A DNA stretch of 64,000 nucleotides from an uncultured Thermoplasmata archaeon (GTDB lineage: Archaea; Thermoplasmatota; Thermoplasmata; Lutacidiplasmatales; UBA184): the NCBI GenBank assembly GCA_963719635.1, contig CAVRCS010000005.1:72455-136454 (forward strand), in the 5' to 3' direction. Below the pieces are notes generated by a model. It was not told the DNA's origin and did no database searches. It worked only from the letters and a program-made list of their open reading frames with translations. Each line of letters begins with the position of its first letter. Position 1 is the first letter of the stretch. Shown here one piece after another: positions 1 to 9,901 of the stretch. A program made the position numbers and the translations under genes.

Positions 1-1521
1 ACCATTCCCGGACCGATTTCCCGGCCCCAAACCGTACCCACGAGACGCTCTCGAGGGCGCGGAGCGCCTCCGAGAGGTGGCGCTCGGGGTATTTCTCCTG
101 CAACCTCCGCTCCGCCCAGCTCCAGAGCAGATAGGCCACATAGACGACCGTGGCGTAGGCGTCCAACCGATCCTTTCGTCGGTAGCGCACCGGCCCCAAC
201 GAGAGATCCCCCTTGCTGGTGCGAAACGCCTTCTCCACGGCATCCTTCGCGAAGTAGGTGCGGTACATCTCCGGTCCATCGAGGGCGAGGTCGGTGCTGA
301 ACAGCAGGAACCTCCCGTCCAGCGTCCGCTCCCGCTCCACGGCCGTCGAATCCACTCGGAACCCGCAACGGCCGGGTGAGGAGACGATCACATCCCCCAG
401 TTCCCCCTTGATCTCCGCCAGCCTCGCTCTCGACACCGGCCCCTCGAGCTCTTGGAGCAGGAGGTCGCGCGCCTGCCGGTCCTCCGACTTCCGTGAGAGG
501 TTCTCCACCACCGCGATTCGCATTCGCGGAAGATCGAGCAGGGGCGCGGTAAAGGCCCGCGCGTACACCGCGCCCCCGTGGGAGGTCCCCACCACATGCT
601 CCGACCTCTCCATTCCTTCTCCTGGCCATCGAGACGCATAGGCCACCGCCTCCCGGCTCCACCCCTTGACCGAGCCCACCACCTGGTAGCCCGCCGCGAC
701 GGCTTGGGCCACGTTCGCCTTCGAGGTCATGCCCTTGTCCATCACCAGGGTGAGATGCTTCAGCCCCTGGGCCTGGAGCAGCTCCAAGGTGGGCGCTACG
801 CTGAGGACATCGTTCTGCGCTCCGGGGAGGGCACGGCAGAGGATCGGGTGGTGGTGCTCCTTCGAAACCACCATCCCGAACCCCACCACGACGGCGGTTC
901 CCCGCTCGTCATGGCCCAGTTGAGCGTACGGGCAGTGGCTCCCGTAGTACGACTGTTTGGTGATGTCGTAGTACGCCCCGCCGGTTCCCGGGAGGAACCG
1001 CGCCAGGCGTGGGTGAGCTCCTGCTGGAGGAGTTGGCCGCGGTCCTCCCAAGTCTTCTGGGACGTGAGGTGACAGAGGGCGGAGAGGACTTCCTCGAACG
1101 AGCGCGGGGTCAGCTTCTCCGCGTCCAGAGAGAGCCACGTCGGGAGCGGACTGGCCCTCACCCACGCGGAGAGGTGGTTGAGGGGGACCCGGGCGGTCGC
1201 CTGGTTGAGTCCCAGGGTGAGCAGGGTGGCGGCCCTTTCCTCATCCACGTCGAGCACCTCTTGGATTCGCTCCTGGACCCGGAGCTGCTGGGCCGCGGCG
1301 TGGAAGACCGCCAGCGGTCCCACGGGGAAGGCGGAGTGGATGCTCTCGAGGCGGGTCTTCGGTTCCGTGAGGATCCGTCCCTTCGAGTCGCAGGGCCCGA
1401 GATAGCGGACCATCCGCTGGTGGGAGCGCCGCCGCTTCGGGTCCCAATAGGACTCGTACTCGTAGGCGTAGCGGTGGCGTCCGACGACCTTGTACACCCG
1501 GTGGGTCATCGCATATGCCAT
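1..1521 (-). pseudogene. IS4-superfamily (IS1634-like) DDE transposase, frameshifted; 3' end runs off the window
   Basis: Minus-strand translation gives LKHLTLVMDKGMTSKANVAQAVAAGYQVVGSVKG and FSTDLALDGPEMYRTYFAKDAVEKAFRTSKGDLSLGPVRYRRKDRLDAY, typical of IS4/IS1634-type transposases. Listed ORF 796..1521 turns into R/S/T-rich nonsense near 1000-1030, while the protein-like reading continues in another frame to position 1. Confidence 0.75.
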
Positions 1522-1566
1522 TACGTATGCACCTACAAGAGGTTGCCGGTCGACCGGAGACGCGAT

Positions 1567-1899
1567 CTACGAGGGAGGAACGGGAATTGGGTAGGCACCT
1601 GCTACCCAAACTCCCGGGAGGTCAGGTCTGTCTTGGGTCTCCCGCCAATCCCACGGCGAGTCGGTAATGAAGTGCTGGATGGCTTCGTAGCGGGCCTCGG
1701 GCACGCGGAGCGTCGAGGGCTGCATGCTCTTGCGCTCGCCGGGGAGCAGGAGGCCGAGGGTGTACTCGAGGGCGTGGGCGCGCCGTTGGCGCTCGCGAGG
1801 GGTATCGCGAAAGGGCCCGCCGATGCCGATCTGCTGGATGTACAGCTGCAATCGGGAGAGGCTGGGAGCGTTCGTCGGCGGTGGCCGGACACGGCCCAT
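1567..1899 (-). pseudogene. IS701-family transposase, N-terminal fragment only
   Basis: LLLPGERKSMQPSTLRV...AIQHFITDSPWDW resembles the conserved N-terminus of IS701-type DDE transposases. It breaks off after ~95 aa directly beside the start of the IS1634-like gene, consistent with a nested insertion. Confidence 0.55.
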
Positions 1900-1973
1900 G
1901 CCAACAGTTCGGCGGGAGGCCGGCTTTAAGGCTCAAGGTCCAGCGGAACCGGACACCCAGTGGACGGAGTCAT

Positions 1974-2285
1974 TCACCCCGAGAGACCGGGAATCTCGCC
2001 AAAGTAGTGATGGTTACCATTCTGCTTGAGCCCGGCGGCTCGGGTGGCGGCGATCGCGTGCGCGGCCATCTCTCCGGCGACGTTCGGCGGTTCGTTCGTG
2101 ACAGAGGCGCCCCCCTTCGCGGCGCTCCGGTCGAGGGCCGGAGGCTCGCTGGTGATCTGGCGGTCGCTGACCGTGGGCGCGCGTTCCCCCGCGCCGGAGT
2201 GGGTCCCGGTGAGACCCTGGCCGCCCCAGGCGAACAACGCGACCGCAAGGACCGTGACGACGATGAATCGCCTCGTCCCTCTCAT
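1974..2285 (-). CDS. small hypothetical secreted/membrane-anchored protein
   Basis: 103-aa ORF with N-terminal MRGTRRFIVVTVLAVALFAWGG (positive n-region plus hydrophobic helix). No recognisable domain. Confidence 0.35.
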   Translation of the reverse strand: MRGTRRFIVVTVLAVALFAWGGQGLTGTHSGAGERAPTVSDRQITSEPPALDRSAAKGGASVTNEPPNVAGEMAAHAIAATRAAGLKQNGNHHYFGEIPGLSG

Positions 2286-2608
2286 GCGTAGGAACCCGAG
2301 GCACGGGCCTATGGTCTAGTGCCCTATCAAGCTATGTCGGACAATTTATCGACTTGGGACTGACCAACCCTGTTTCGTCACGGGCGAGGGGGCCGCAGAG
2401 TCCCCCCCACACCATCGACATCGCGGGTTCCCGTCAGTCCCGGCCTCCTGGCGTGAGCGACGGGCGCCTTCGCGTCGGCCAGGTTCGGGATTGGCGCCGC
2501 GCGCACGCCCCTCGCCGCTCGGGCCCCGTACGGCATTCCCCGGGGGAGGTAGGTGTGCGGCGGTCGTCGGTGCGGTGAGCTCTTGGGATGTGGGGGGGTC
2601 CGCGGACG

Positions 2609-3466
2609 ATGAGCTCGCTCGCCGAGCGCGCAGAGCGATTCCGCGCCCTGCACCGCAGCCGCCGGCTCTTCGTCCTCCCGAACGCCTGGGACGTGCCGAG
2701 CGCACGCATCTTCGAGGATGCCGGGTTCCCCGCGATCGCGACCTCGAGTGCGGGGATGATGGTCTCGCTGGGGTTCCCGGACGGCGAGGCGCTGCCGCGG
2801 CGAGAGCTCGTCGCGGGCGTCCGGAGGATCGCCGAGCGGCTCTCTGTTCCCCTGAGCGCGGACGTCGTCGCCGGGTACGGGCGGACCCCCGCGTCGGTGG
2901 TGTCGACCGTCCGAGCCGTGGTCCGTGCGGGGGCGGTGGGGATCAACCTCGAGGACGTCGACCCGGTCTCGGAGCGGCTCGTCCCGTTGCCGCTCCAGCT
3001 CGCGAAGCTGAGAGCCGTCCGGGCGCTCGACGACGAACTGGGCGTGCGCGTCCTCCTCAACGCGCGCACCGACGCGCTCTACGTCGGGGACGGGACGCCC
3101 CAGGAACGCTACCTCGAGACGGTCCGACGGGCGCGAGCGTTCCGCGAGGCCGGCGCCGACTGCGTGTATCCGATGCGCCTGCGCGCTCGCGGCGAGATCG
3201 CACGGTTCCTGCGCGACGTTCCGGGTCCGGTCAACGTCATGATCCGCCCCGGACTCCCCGGGCTGGACGCCCTCGAGGGTTTGGGCGTCCGACGGGTCAG
3301 TTTCGGCCCGGCGGCGTCGTACGCGGCGTTGGGGTTCCTGCGGAGGGTCGGGGAGGAGATTCGGCGACGGCGCTCGTTCCGCTCCCTCGTCCGGGGGGCG
3401 TTGACGTTCTCGGAGCTTAACCGGCTCGCGGGGCCCGCCGCCGGCCGCCGACGCGGGAACCGGTAG
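2609..3466 (+). CDS. isocitrate lyase/PEP mutase family protein (methylisocitrate lyase / carboxyvinyl-carboxyphosphonate phosphorylmutase-like)
   Basis: FRALHRSRRLFVLPNAWDVPSARIFEDAGFPAIATSSAG ... GAVGINLEDV are family hallmarks. ATG at 2609 chosen inside listed ORF 2588..3466. Confidence 0.8.
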   Translation: MSSLAERAERFRALHRSRRLFVLPNAWDVPSARIFEDAGFPAIATSSAGMMVSLGFPDGEALPRRELVAGVRRIAERLSVPLSADVVAGYGRTPASVVSTVRAVVRAGAVGINLEDVDPVSERLVPLPLQLAKLRAVRALDDELGVRVLLNARTDALYVGDGTPQERYLETVRRARAFREAGADCVYPMRLRARGEIARFLRDVPGPVNVMIRPGLPGLDALEGLGVRRVSFGPAASYAALGFLRRVGEEIRRRRSFRSLVRGALTFSELNRLAGPAAGRRRGNR

Positions 3467-4205
3467 CGGGCGGTCGATCCTCCTCGTCGCCCCCGAGGCG
3501 GGCGAGCAGCACCGGAGCGGAGGACGCAGCGGCCGCCCGGGCCTTCAGGAGAGTGTAGCTGTTCCGCAGCAATCGGCCCTGGGCTTTGCGCAGGTGCTCG
3601 CCGAAGGTCGAGCGGGAGACGCCGACCGCCCGCGCGACCGATTCCCAACTCGCCCGGGCCGGCACGTCCAGGAGGCCGGCGTCGTGCGCCGCGACCAGGG
3701 CCCGGAGCTGGGCCGGGCTCAACCCCTCGAAGAAGTGGACCGACGCGGTGGGATACTCCCGTACGCTCTCGAGGCCGGACCGTTCGGAGACGGAGAGGAT
3801 CTCGACGCTGCCGAGCTGACGGAGCCGCCGGATCAGACGGTTCAGCCGTGCCCGGGTCGAGGCGACCAATCGGTACGTCTCTCTCCCCTCCGCGTAGACC
3901 ACCGGTGGGAGCACCCAGACCCGGCCGCGGCGGGCGAGGCCGGTGACGGACGGCGGCTCTTTCCACTCGAAGTCCGGCAGCTCGAGGAGCGCCGTGGCGC
4001 CGTCGCGGAGCAGCTCCCGGGCGCGAAACTCCCGCCGGAGTATCCGGGTGATCCGGCGGAGCTCCAGCGCGTCGGGGGCGGAGACGAGGAACGTGTCGCG
4101 GCGATTGTCGCACCAGAGCAGAAGGACGCTCCGCGGGAACCGGTCCGAGAGCCCGCAGTACGGGCACGGGTGGTGGACCCGGATCCTCGCGTCGACGACG
4201 GTCAT
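3417..4205 (-). CDS. HTH_10 (bacterio-opsin activator-type) transcriptional regulator
   Basis: C-terminal LSPAQLRALVAAHDAGLLDVPARASWESVARAVGVSRSTFGEHLRKAQGRLL is the typical archaeal Bat-type HTH. N-terminal CPYCG motif. Confidence 0.75.
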   Translation of the reverse strand: MTVVDARIRVHHPCPYCGLSDRFPRSVLLLWCDNRRDTFLVSAPDALELRRITRILRREFRARELLRDGATALLELPDFEWKEPPSVTGLARRGRVWVLPPVVYAEGRETYRLVASTRARLNRLIRRLRQLGSVEILSVSERSGLESVREYPTASVHFFEGLSPAQLRALVAAHDAGLLDVPARASWESVARAVGVSRSTFGEHLRKAQGRLLRNSYTLLKARAAAASSAPVLLARLGGDEEDRPPATGSRVGGRRRAPRAG

Positions 4206-4293
4206 GCTCGCGGATAGCCACGGGGAGGCAGATAGACCTCACCGCCCCAGGGCGGCTCGAACCTCATCGGCAGGGACGGCGTTGCTCCTTCCG

Positions 4294-4737
4294 ATGACCG
4301 CGACCCAGAAAGCGTCGCCCGCCAAGGCGGCGCGGAGCGCGAAAGGACCTTCGGAGGTTGCCCCCGGCCTGTTCGTCGGCGGGTGGGGCGAAGCCGATGC
4401 GTTCGAAGGGACCCGATTCTGCGTGCTGGACGAACCGCCCGCCGAGCCGGTGAGGGGGACCCACATTCCGATCTACGACGAGAGGACCGGCGGCGCCCTT
4501 CGAGCGAACCTGGACCGACTCGCCCGCGAGGTAGGTGCCGCCCGGGCACGCGGAGAGCCCGTCGTCATCTTCTGCGGACACGGCATCCGGCGCTCTCCGC
4601 TCGGCGCGGCGTGGGTCCTCCACCGGAACGAGAAGCTCTCGCTCGACGAGGCGTTCGCCCGGATCCGGGTCGTTCGCCCGAAGGTAGAGCCACCGGCCCA
4701 GTGGATGGAGAACCCGTCGAGCCTCGACGAGAGGTAG
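4294..4737 (+). CDS. dual-specificity/tyrosine phosphatase-like protein (CX5R)
   Basis: VVIFCGHGIRRSPLGAAWVL contains the C-X5-R(S/T) P-loop. ATG at 4294 within listed ORF 3943..4737; the upstream part of that ORF is low-complexity. Confidence 0.6.
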   Translation: MTATQKASPAKAARSAKGPSEVAPGLFVGGWGEADAFEGTRFCVLDEPPAEPVRGTHIPIYDERTGGALRANLDRLAREVGAARARGEPVVIFCGHGIRRSPLGAAWVLHRNEKLSLDEAFARIRVVRPKVEPPAQWMENPSSLDER

Positions 4738-4748
4738 GCGGCGACGCG

Positions 4749-5540
4749 ATGCAGCCCGAAGAGGACCCGGACGCGGGCTGGGTCGCCGCCCTTTCAGGCC
4801 GGACCTTGCGGGCCAGCGAGGGTCGGCTTTCCGAAGCCGCCGGCGAGCGGCGGCTGTTCTCCCACCTCGACCGAGAGCACCGCCGGGAAGGGCGGTCGTC
4901 GTACGTCGAGATCGACGCCCCGTTGGAGCTGCACGCGCTCGTCCGTCTGCTCCGGCCCCGCGAGGTCGTCGAGGTCGGCGTCTCTTCGGGGGTCTCCTCC
5001 GCGTACCTGCTTCACGCCCTCGGCCAGAACGGGACCGGCACGCTCCACTCGGTCGACCGGCCGTCGCGCCCGAGCCCCGTGGCGGCCCGGTCGTCGGCGT
5101 CCTGGAGCCTCCCGCCGGGACGCGCATCGGGGTGGGCTGTCCCGTCGCGGCTACGGCGGCGCTGGGACCTGCGCCTCGGGGACAAGGCAGAGCTGATTCC
5201 GCAGCTTGCGGACGAGCTCGACCGGGTCGACCTCGTCGTGTACGACGTTCCGCACAACGAGGCAGACCTCGACATCGAGTTCGCGCGGCTGGACCCCCTC
5301 ATGGCAGCCGGAGCGGTCGCGATCGTCGACCACGGCCCTTCCGGCGACCTCTGCCGGGCACTACGCCGGTGGGCGACGCTCCGCGCTGCCAAGCCGGTGC
5401 GCCGTCAAGGCCTCGGCCTCTACGGGATCCGGTGCGGGAATCCCGGGGCCCGTCCTCCGGCCCGGCGGTCGTCGTCGCCCGGGCGCCGGTCCGCTCCGGC
5501 AAGGGCGCGCTCCCGGCGCGGCGATTCCCAGCGTAAATAG
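4749..5540 (+). CDS. class I SAM-dependent methyltransferase (O-methyltransferase family 3-like)
   Basis: EVVEVGVSSGVSSAYLL (motif I) and DLVVYDVPH within listed ORF 4383..5540, ATG at 4749. The R/S/P-rich C-terminal tail may be over-extended. Confidence 0.65.
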   Translation: MQPEEDPDAGWVAALSGRTLRASEGRLSEAAGERRLFSHLDREHRREGRSSYVEIDAPLELHALVRLLRPREVVEVGVSSGVSSAYLLHALGQNGTGTLHSVDRPSRPSPVAARSSASWSLPPGRASGWAVPSRLRRRWDLRLGDKAELIPQLADELDRVDLVVYDVPHNEADLDIEFARLDPLMAAGAVAIVDHGPSGDLCRALRRWATLRAAKPVRRQGLGLYGIRCGNPGARPPARRSSSPGRRSAPARARSRRGDSQRK

Positions 5541-5659
5541 CCCGGCGCGGTCGCGCCACGCATGGCGAGGACGCAGACCGGCCGATCTGCCCGGCCGAAG
5601 CGCACCGCCGCTCCCCGGGAGAGTCTCCGGGCGCCTCCGCGCCCCGTGCGCCCGGCGCC

Positions 5660-5857
5660 GGTCCAGGGGAGGACCCGCACGCGCACGTCGTCTGCCGGGC
5701 GTGCGGGCGCATCCAGCGGCTCGACCTTTCGGACCTCGACCGGCACCTGCTCACGGAGCTCAGCGCGCTCACCCCGGCCGGCTGGCATGTCGAACGGATC
5801 GCCTACTCCCTCGCGGGGACCTGCCGCCGGTGCCGCGAGGGCCCGACGGCGGTCTAG
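5660..5857 (+). pseudogene. Fur-family C-terminal (metal-binding/dimerisation) domain-like reading frame without start codon
   Basis: Frame-2 translation EDPHAHVVCRACGRIQRLDLSDLDRHLLTELSALTPAGWHVERIAYSLAGTCRRCREG shows the HxH..CxxC ... CxxC layout of Fur/Zur/PerR C-terminal domains. There is no ATG/GTG/TTG in frame and no recognisable wHTH upstream. Confidence 0.3.
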
Positions 5858-5867
5858 GCCCGGCCGG

Positions 5868-7039
5868 ATGGTCGGATTCGTCACCGCACCCACGATCGCG
5901 TGGGGGACCGGCGCGCTCGAGCAGCTCAGCGGGCTCGGGGCCCAGCGGCCGGTCCTTGTCGTGGATACGAACGTCGCCGCCCAGGAGGGCCCGCGACGCG
6001 CGGCCGAGGAACTCGAACGGGCCGGCGCCTCGGTCATCACCGTGCCGGCGCCCGCGGAGGCGAACCGGCTCTCCGCGGTCGCAACGCTGGCGGCCCAACT
6101 GCGGGCCCACGACGCGGACTGGGTCGTGGTCGTCGGCGGAGGCACCGCGATCGACGCCGCCAAGGCGGCCCGGCTGCTCCGCGAGCGGCCTGAGCTCTCG
6201 CTCGGGAGCCCTCCGGCCGATGCCGCGATCCCGGCGAACTCGCGCTCGCACCTGGTCGCCATCCCGACGACGAGCGGCAGCGGCGCCGAGGCGAGCTGGA
6301 CGGCGGACCTGGTCGGGGACGACGGGGCGCCGATCGAGATCGCCGACCGCTCCCTCGTCCCGGAGTGGGCGATCGTCGACCCGCTGTTCGCCCGTGAGCT
6401 CTCCGCCCCGGCACTGATCGCCGGCGCGCTGGAGACGGCCGCGCTGGCGACCGAGGCGTACGTCTCGGCGTGGGCGAACCCGTTCTCCGATGCGCTCGCG
6501 GTCGACGCGGTCCGGACGGTCGCCGCCCGGCTCCCGCGCGCGGTGCGCTGGAGCGACGACCCGGACGCGCGCGCCGCCCTCCACTACGCCGCGACGGCCG
6601 CCGGGATTGCCCAGTCGAACGCCCAGCGGGGCCTCGCCCACGCGCTCGGCCGCGCGCTGGTCCGTCCCCTGCGGCTCTCCTACGCGACGGTGCTCGGCGT
6701 CGTTCTTCCCGTAGTCCTCGACTTCGACCGACCCGGAGCCCGCGAACGGCTCGAGGCGCTCGCGACCGTGCTCCGGGTCCGGAGGAGACGACCACGGTCT
6801 CGGTCGCCGACCGCCTCCGCCGGCTCGGCACCGGGCTCGGCGCCCCGGCCACCCTCGCCGCGGCGGGAGGGGACCGGGGCGCGCTGCGGACGGACCGAGC
6901 GCGCATCGTCGCCGAGACGTTGCGGTCGCCCGCCGTGCTCGCGAACCCGCGGGTCCCGACCGCCGAGGACGTCGGCAAGCTCCTCGACGCGCTCGCCGGC
7001 GAGGCGCCCGGCGCCGGCGGCCCGCCTCCCCGCGGCTAG
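5868..7039 (+). CDS. iron-containing alcohol dehydrogenase family protein (apparent frameshift near 6775-6777)
   Basis: VVVGGGTAIDAAKAA, VAIPTTSGSGAEAS and ALHYAATAAGIAQSNAQRGLAHALG are Fe-ADH motifs. The reading goes to nonsense after EALATVL, and the expected C-terminus (VADRLRRLGTGLGAPATLAAAG...AEDVGKLLDAL) is in listed ORF 6470..7039. Confidence 0.85.
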
Positions 7040-8034
7040 CGGGAGGCGCTGACCGCCCCGGCCTCTCCGGCGACGGCCGCGGCTTCGTCGAACCGGGCGG
7101 GCGCCTCGACCGCCCGATTGATCGCGATCTCGGCGAGGTCGGTGGCGTACAGCGCCGACCGCTCGAGGCTCTCGAGTACGTAGGCGACCGCGACCGCGAG
7201 CCGTCCCTTCTTGGAGGCGACCTCGCGCAGGATGTGCTCGCGCTCGCGCGTCAGTTGCTCGGTCGCGTCGATCACCTCGTTCGCCTTCGCGATATCCTTG
7301 CGGTCGAGGCTGTCGAGGGCGTCCGTCAGGCAGCTCGCCGCCCGGGCCGCCATCCGCTCGAGCTCCTGGACGATCTTCTCGGGCGTCGCCTCGGAACCGA
7401 GCATCGCCACCGTCTCGGAGATGCGGACCGCGTGGTCCGCGATCCGCTCCAGGATGCGCGAAGCGAGCAGGTACGTCGAGCACTCCGGGAGGGTGAGGTC
7501 GATGCTGGCGAGGATCCGGGCGTCGCGGAGCGCGCTCGTCACCTGCTTTTCGAGGAACCAGTGGAGGCGGTCGACCTCCCAATCCCGCTCGACGACGTCC
7601 TTGGCGATCGACGCGTCGCGGTCACGGAACGCCGTCATCGCGTCGGCCTGCATCGCGCGGACCATCTGGTGCATGCGGCGCACGATGGAGGGGATCGGCA
7701 GCGGGTTCGCGCCGACGACGTCCTGCAGGACCACCGACTCGGCGGTCTCCTCCAGGATCTCCGGGCCGATCATCCGCTGCGCGAAGCTGCGGACGACCTC
7801 ACGGGTCTGCGCGCTCATCCGCGCCGGGGTCCGCACCTCTAGAAGCGGGTAGCCGGCGATGTACTCCGCGATCAGGCGCCGGAACAGGTGGTGCTCGTCG
7901 TCGTCGTTCGACACCTCCACGGTGCGGCGCTGGGCCTCGGCCGGGGTCGCGGACGCCGGATAAACGGTCAGCGAGCCGTCGGCGCGGGGCGTGAACAGCA
8001 GCACGTCGCCCGGCCCGAGCCCTCGGGCCGTCAC
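7036..8034 (-). CDS. phoU: PhoU-domain phosphate-uptake regulator with N-terminal AbrB/SpoVT domain
   Basis: Two PhoU repeats (DVVERDWEVDRLHWF, ASRILERIADHAVRI, SALYATDLAEIAINRA). The frame stays open upstream to 8136 and encodes RRIQKTGGSTYIVSLPKTWV (AbrB-like), but has no canonical start before the GTG at 8034. Confidence 0.85.
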   Translation of the reverse strand: MTARGLGPGDVLLFTPRADGSLTVYPASATPAEAQRRTVEVSNDDDEHHLFRRLIAEYIAGYPLLEVRTPARMSAQTREVVRSFAQRMIGPEILEETAESVVLQDVVGANPLPIPSIVRRMHQMVRAMQADAMTAFRDRDASIAKDVVERDWEVDRLHWFLEKQVTSALRDARILASIDLTLPECSTYLLASRILERIADHAVRISETVAMLGSEATPEKIVQELERMAARAASCLTDALDSLDRKDIAKANEVIDATEQLTREREHILREVASKKGRLAVAVAYVLESLERSALYATDLAEIAINRAVEAPARFDEAAAVAGEAGAVSASR

Positions 8035-8146
8035 CCACGTCTTCGGGAGGGAGACGATGTACGTCGAGCCGCCGGTCTTCTGGATCCGACGGCCGTGGAA
8101 TCCGCCACTCGTGCGCGCGGTCGTGAGCGTTCCGACCTACTGTCGT

Positions 8147-8154
8147 CTATATAG
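8147..8154 (-). promoter_or_regulatory. TATA-box-like element upstream of phoU-like gene
   Basis: Minus-strand CTATATAG lies just upstream of the open AbrB/PhoU frame (in-frame stop at 8137-8139). Confidence 0.35.
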
Positions 8155-8249
8155 CCGAGGACTCGGGGCCTGTGCCCGCTCCGGCCCACCGGTCGGGACC
8201 GCGGTCGAGGGGGTCGATAAATAGCCGCCGCGGGGCTCGGCGCCGCTCC

Positions 8250-9901
8250 ATGGACCCGGCCCGCCCGGTGCGCGTCCGCTTCGGCCGCGCCGAACTCGAA
8301 GGGCGCGGGGGAGAGCGGTGGCTGGCGACCCTCGCCCGGCGGGGGTGGCCGTCCCTCACCCGCTCGGTCCGCTACCACCGGCCGCGCGGGCCGTTCTGCG
8401 GGGTCGGCGACTGCACCGGCTGCCTGCTGCGGGTGAACGGCGTTCCGAACGTCCGCGCGTGCACCCGGCCGGTCCGGGAAGGCGACGTTGCGACGACCGA
8501 GAACGCATGGCCGTCGCCGCGCCACGACGTGCTCGGCGTCCTCGACGCGCTCTTCCCGCACGGCCTCGACACGGTCCACGGCCTCCGCCGGCCGGTGTGG
8601 CTCACCCGGTCGTACCAGCGCGTGGTCCGCCACCTCGCGGGGTACGGGGCGCCCCCCGACCGCGCGAACCGGTCGACACCCCCGCCTCCGCGGTCGTGGA
8701 CCGCCGAGGTCGCCGTGGTCGGCGCCGGACGATCCGGTCGCGCCGTGGCGGAAGCGCTCGCTCGCAGGGGGCGGCGGCCGCTGTTGCTGGAGCGCCGCGC
8801 GACGGACGGCGCCTCCCCGACACCGGGGCTGGAGCTCGTCGCCGGCACGACGATCACGGTCGTCTCGGCCGCGGAGGACGGCGCCGGCTACACCCTGCTC
8901 GGGTTCGCTGAAGACGGGGCCGGCGTGCTCGTCCGCGCCCCGTCGGTCGTCGTCGCAACAGGGGGTACGACGCCGGACTCCTCTTCGAAGGGTCGGACCG
9001 GCCCGGGGTCGTGACGGCCGACCTCGCGCTCTCCGGCCTTGGCCTGCCGCTCGGGCCGTGCGTCGTCGTGGGGAATGGGCCGCGGGCGCTCGAGGTCGTT
9101 GAGCGGCTCGCCGGCTCGGTCGAGGCGGTCGTTGCGTTCGGCGAGGTCGGCCCCGAGCTCGCGCGCGCGGCGGCCGAGGCCGGGGTCGCCCTCTACCCCC
9201 GGACCCGGGTCGTCCGCGCGGTCGGCCGTGGCCACCTCCGCGCGCTCGACCTGGGACGGAGGGACGGCGGAGGCCCCTTCCGGCTCGACTGCACGACGGT
9301 CGTCCTGGCGCACCGCCGGCTGCCCAGCGCGCAGCTGCTCTTCCAAGCCGGCGCGTCCCGGCGCTGGTGGGAGACCCCAGGAGCGTACTACCCGGAGACC
9401 GACCCGGGCGGTCGAACGTCGGTCCCGGGACTGTACGCCGTCGGCTTCGCCGCAGTGCCCCCGGGCGGAGCGCGCCCCGACCCGGCAGCGATCGCCGCCG
9501 CGCTCACGACGCCGGCCCCAGCGACGGCCGGCACGGCGTTCACGACCCCGGAGGCCGAGCGGCCGGGGGAGCTCGCCGGCTACTACCGCGAGCTGCTCCG
9601 CGAGCCGCGGCGGGGGAAGTGGGTCGTCTGCCCGTGCGAGGACGTCCTCCTGGAGGAGGTCGAGGCGACGGTCGGTCGGGGGTTCCGCGGGCTGGAGGTC
9701 GTCAAGCGGTACACGGGCGCGGGGACCGGGCTCTGCCAAGGACGGTACTGCCTACCGGACGTGATCGTCCTCCTCTCGCTGCTCGAGCAGCGCCCTCCGA
9801 GCGAGGTCGGCTACATCACGCAACGCCCGCCGCTCGTCCCGACGGCGCTCGGGACGCTCGCGACGCTCGACACTGGCGGCTCCGGAGGGCCGCGGCCGTG
9901 A
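8250..9901 (+). CDS. sarcosine oxidase alpha/HcnB-like FAD oxidoreductase with 2Fe-2S domains (apparent frameshift in G5 run 8961-8965)
   Basis: N-terminal RPRGPFCGVGDCTGCLLRVNGVPNVRACTRPV (2Fe-2S), VAVVGAGRSGRAVAEAL (FAD), C-terminal VVCPCEDV...GAGTGLCQGRYC (BFD-like). VVVATGG in ORF 8172..9014 continues as YDAGLLFEGSDRPGVVTAD in the frame of ORF 9011..9901. Confidence 0.75.
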
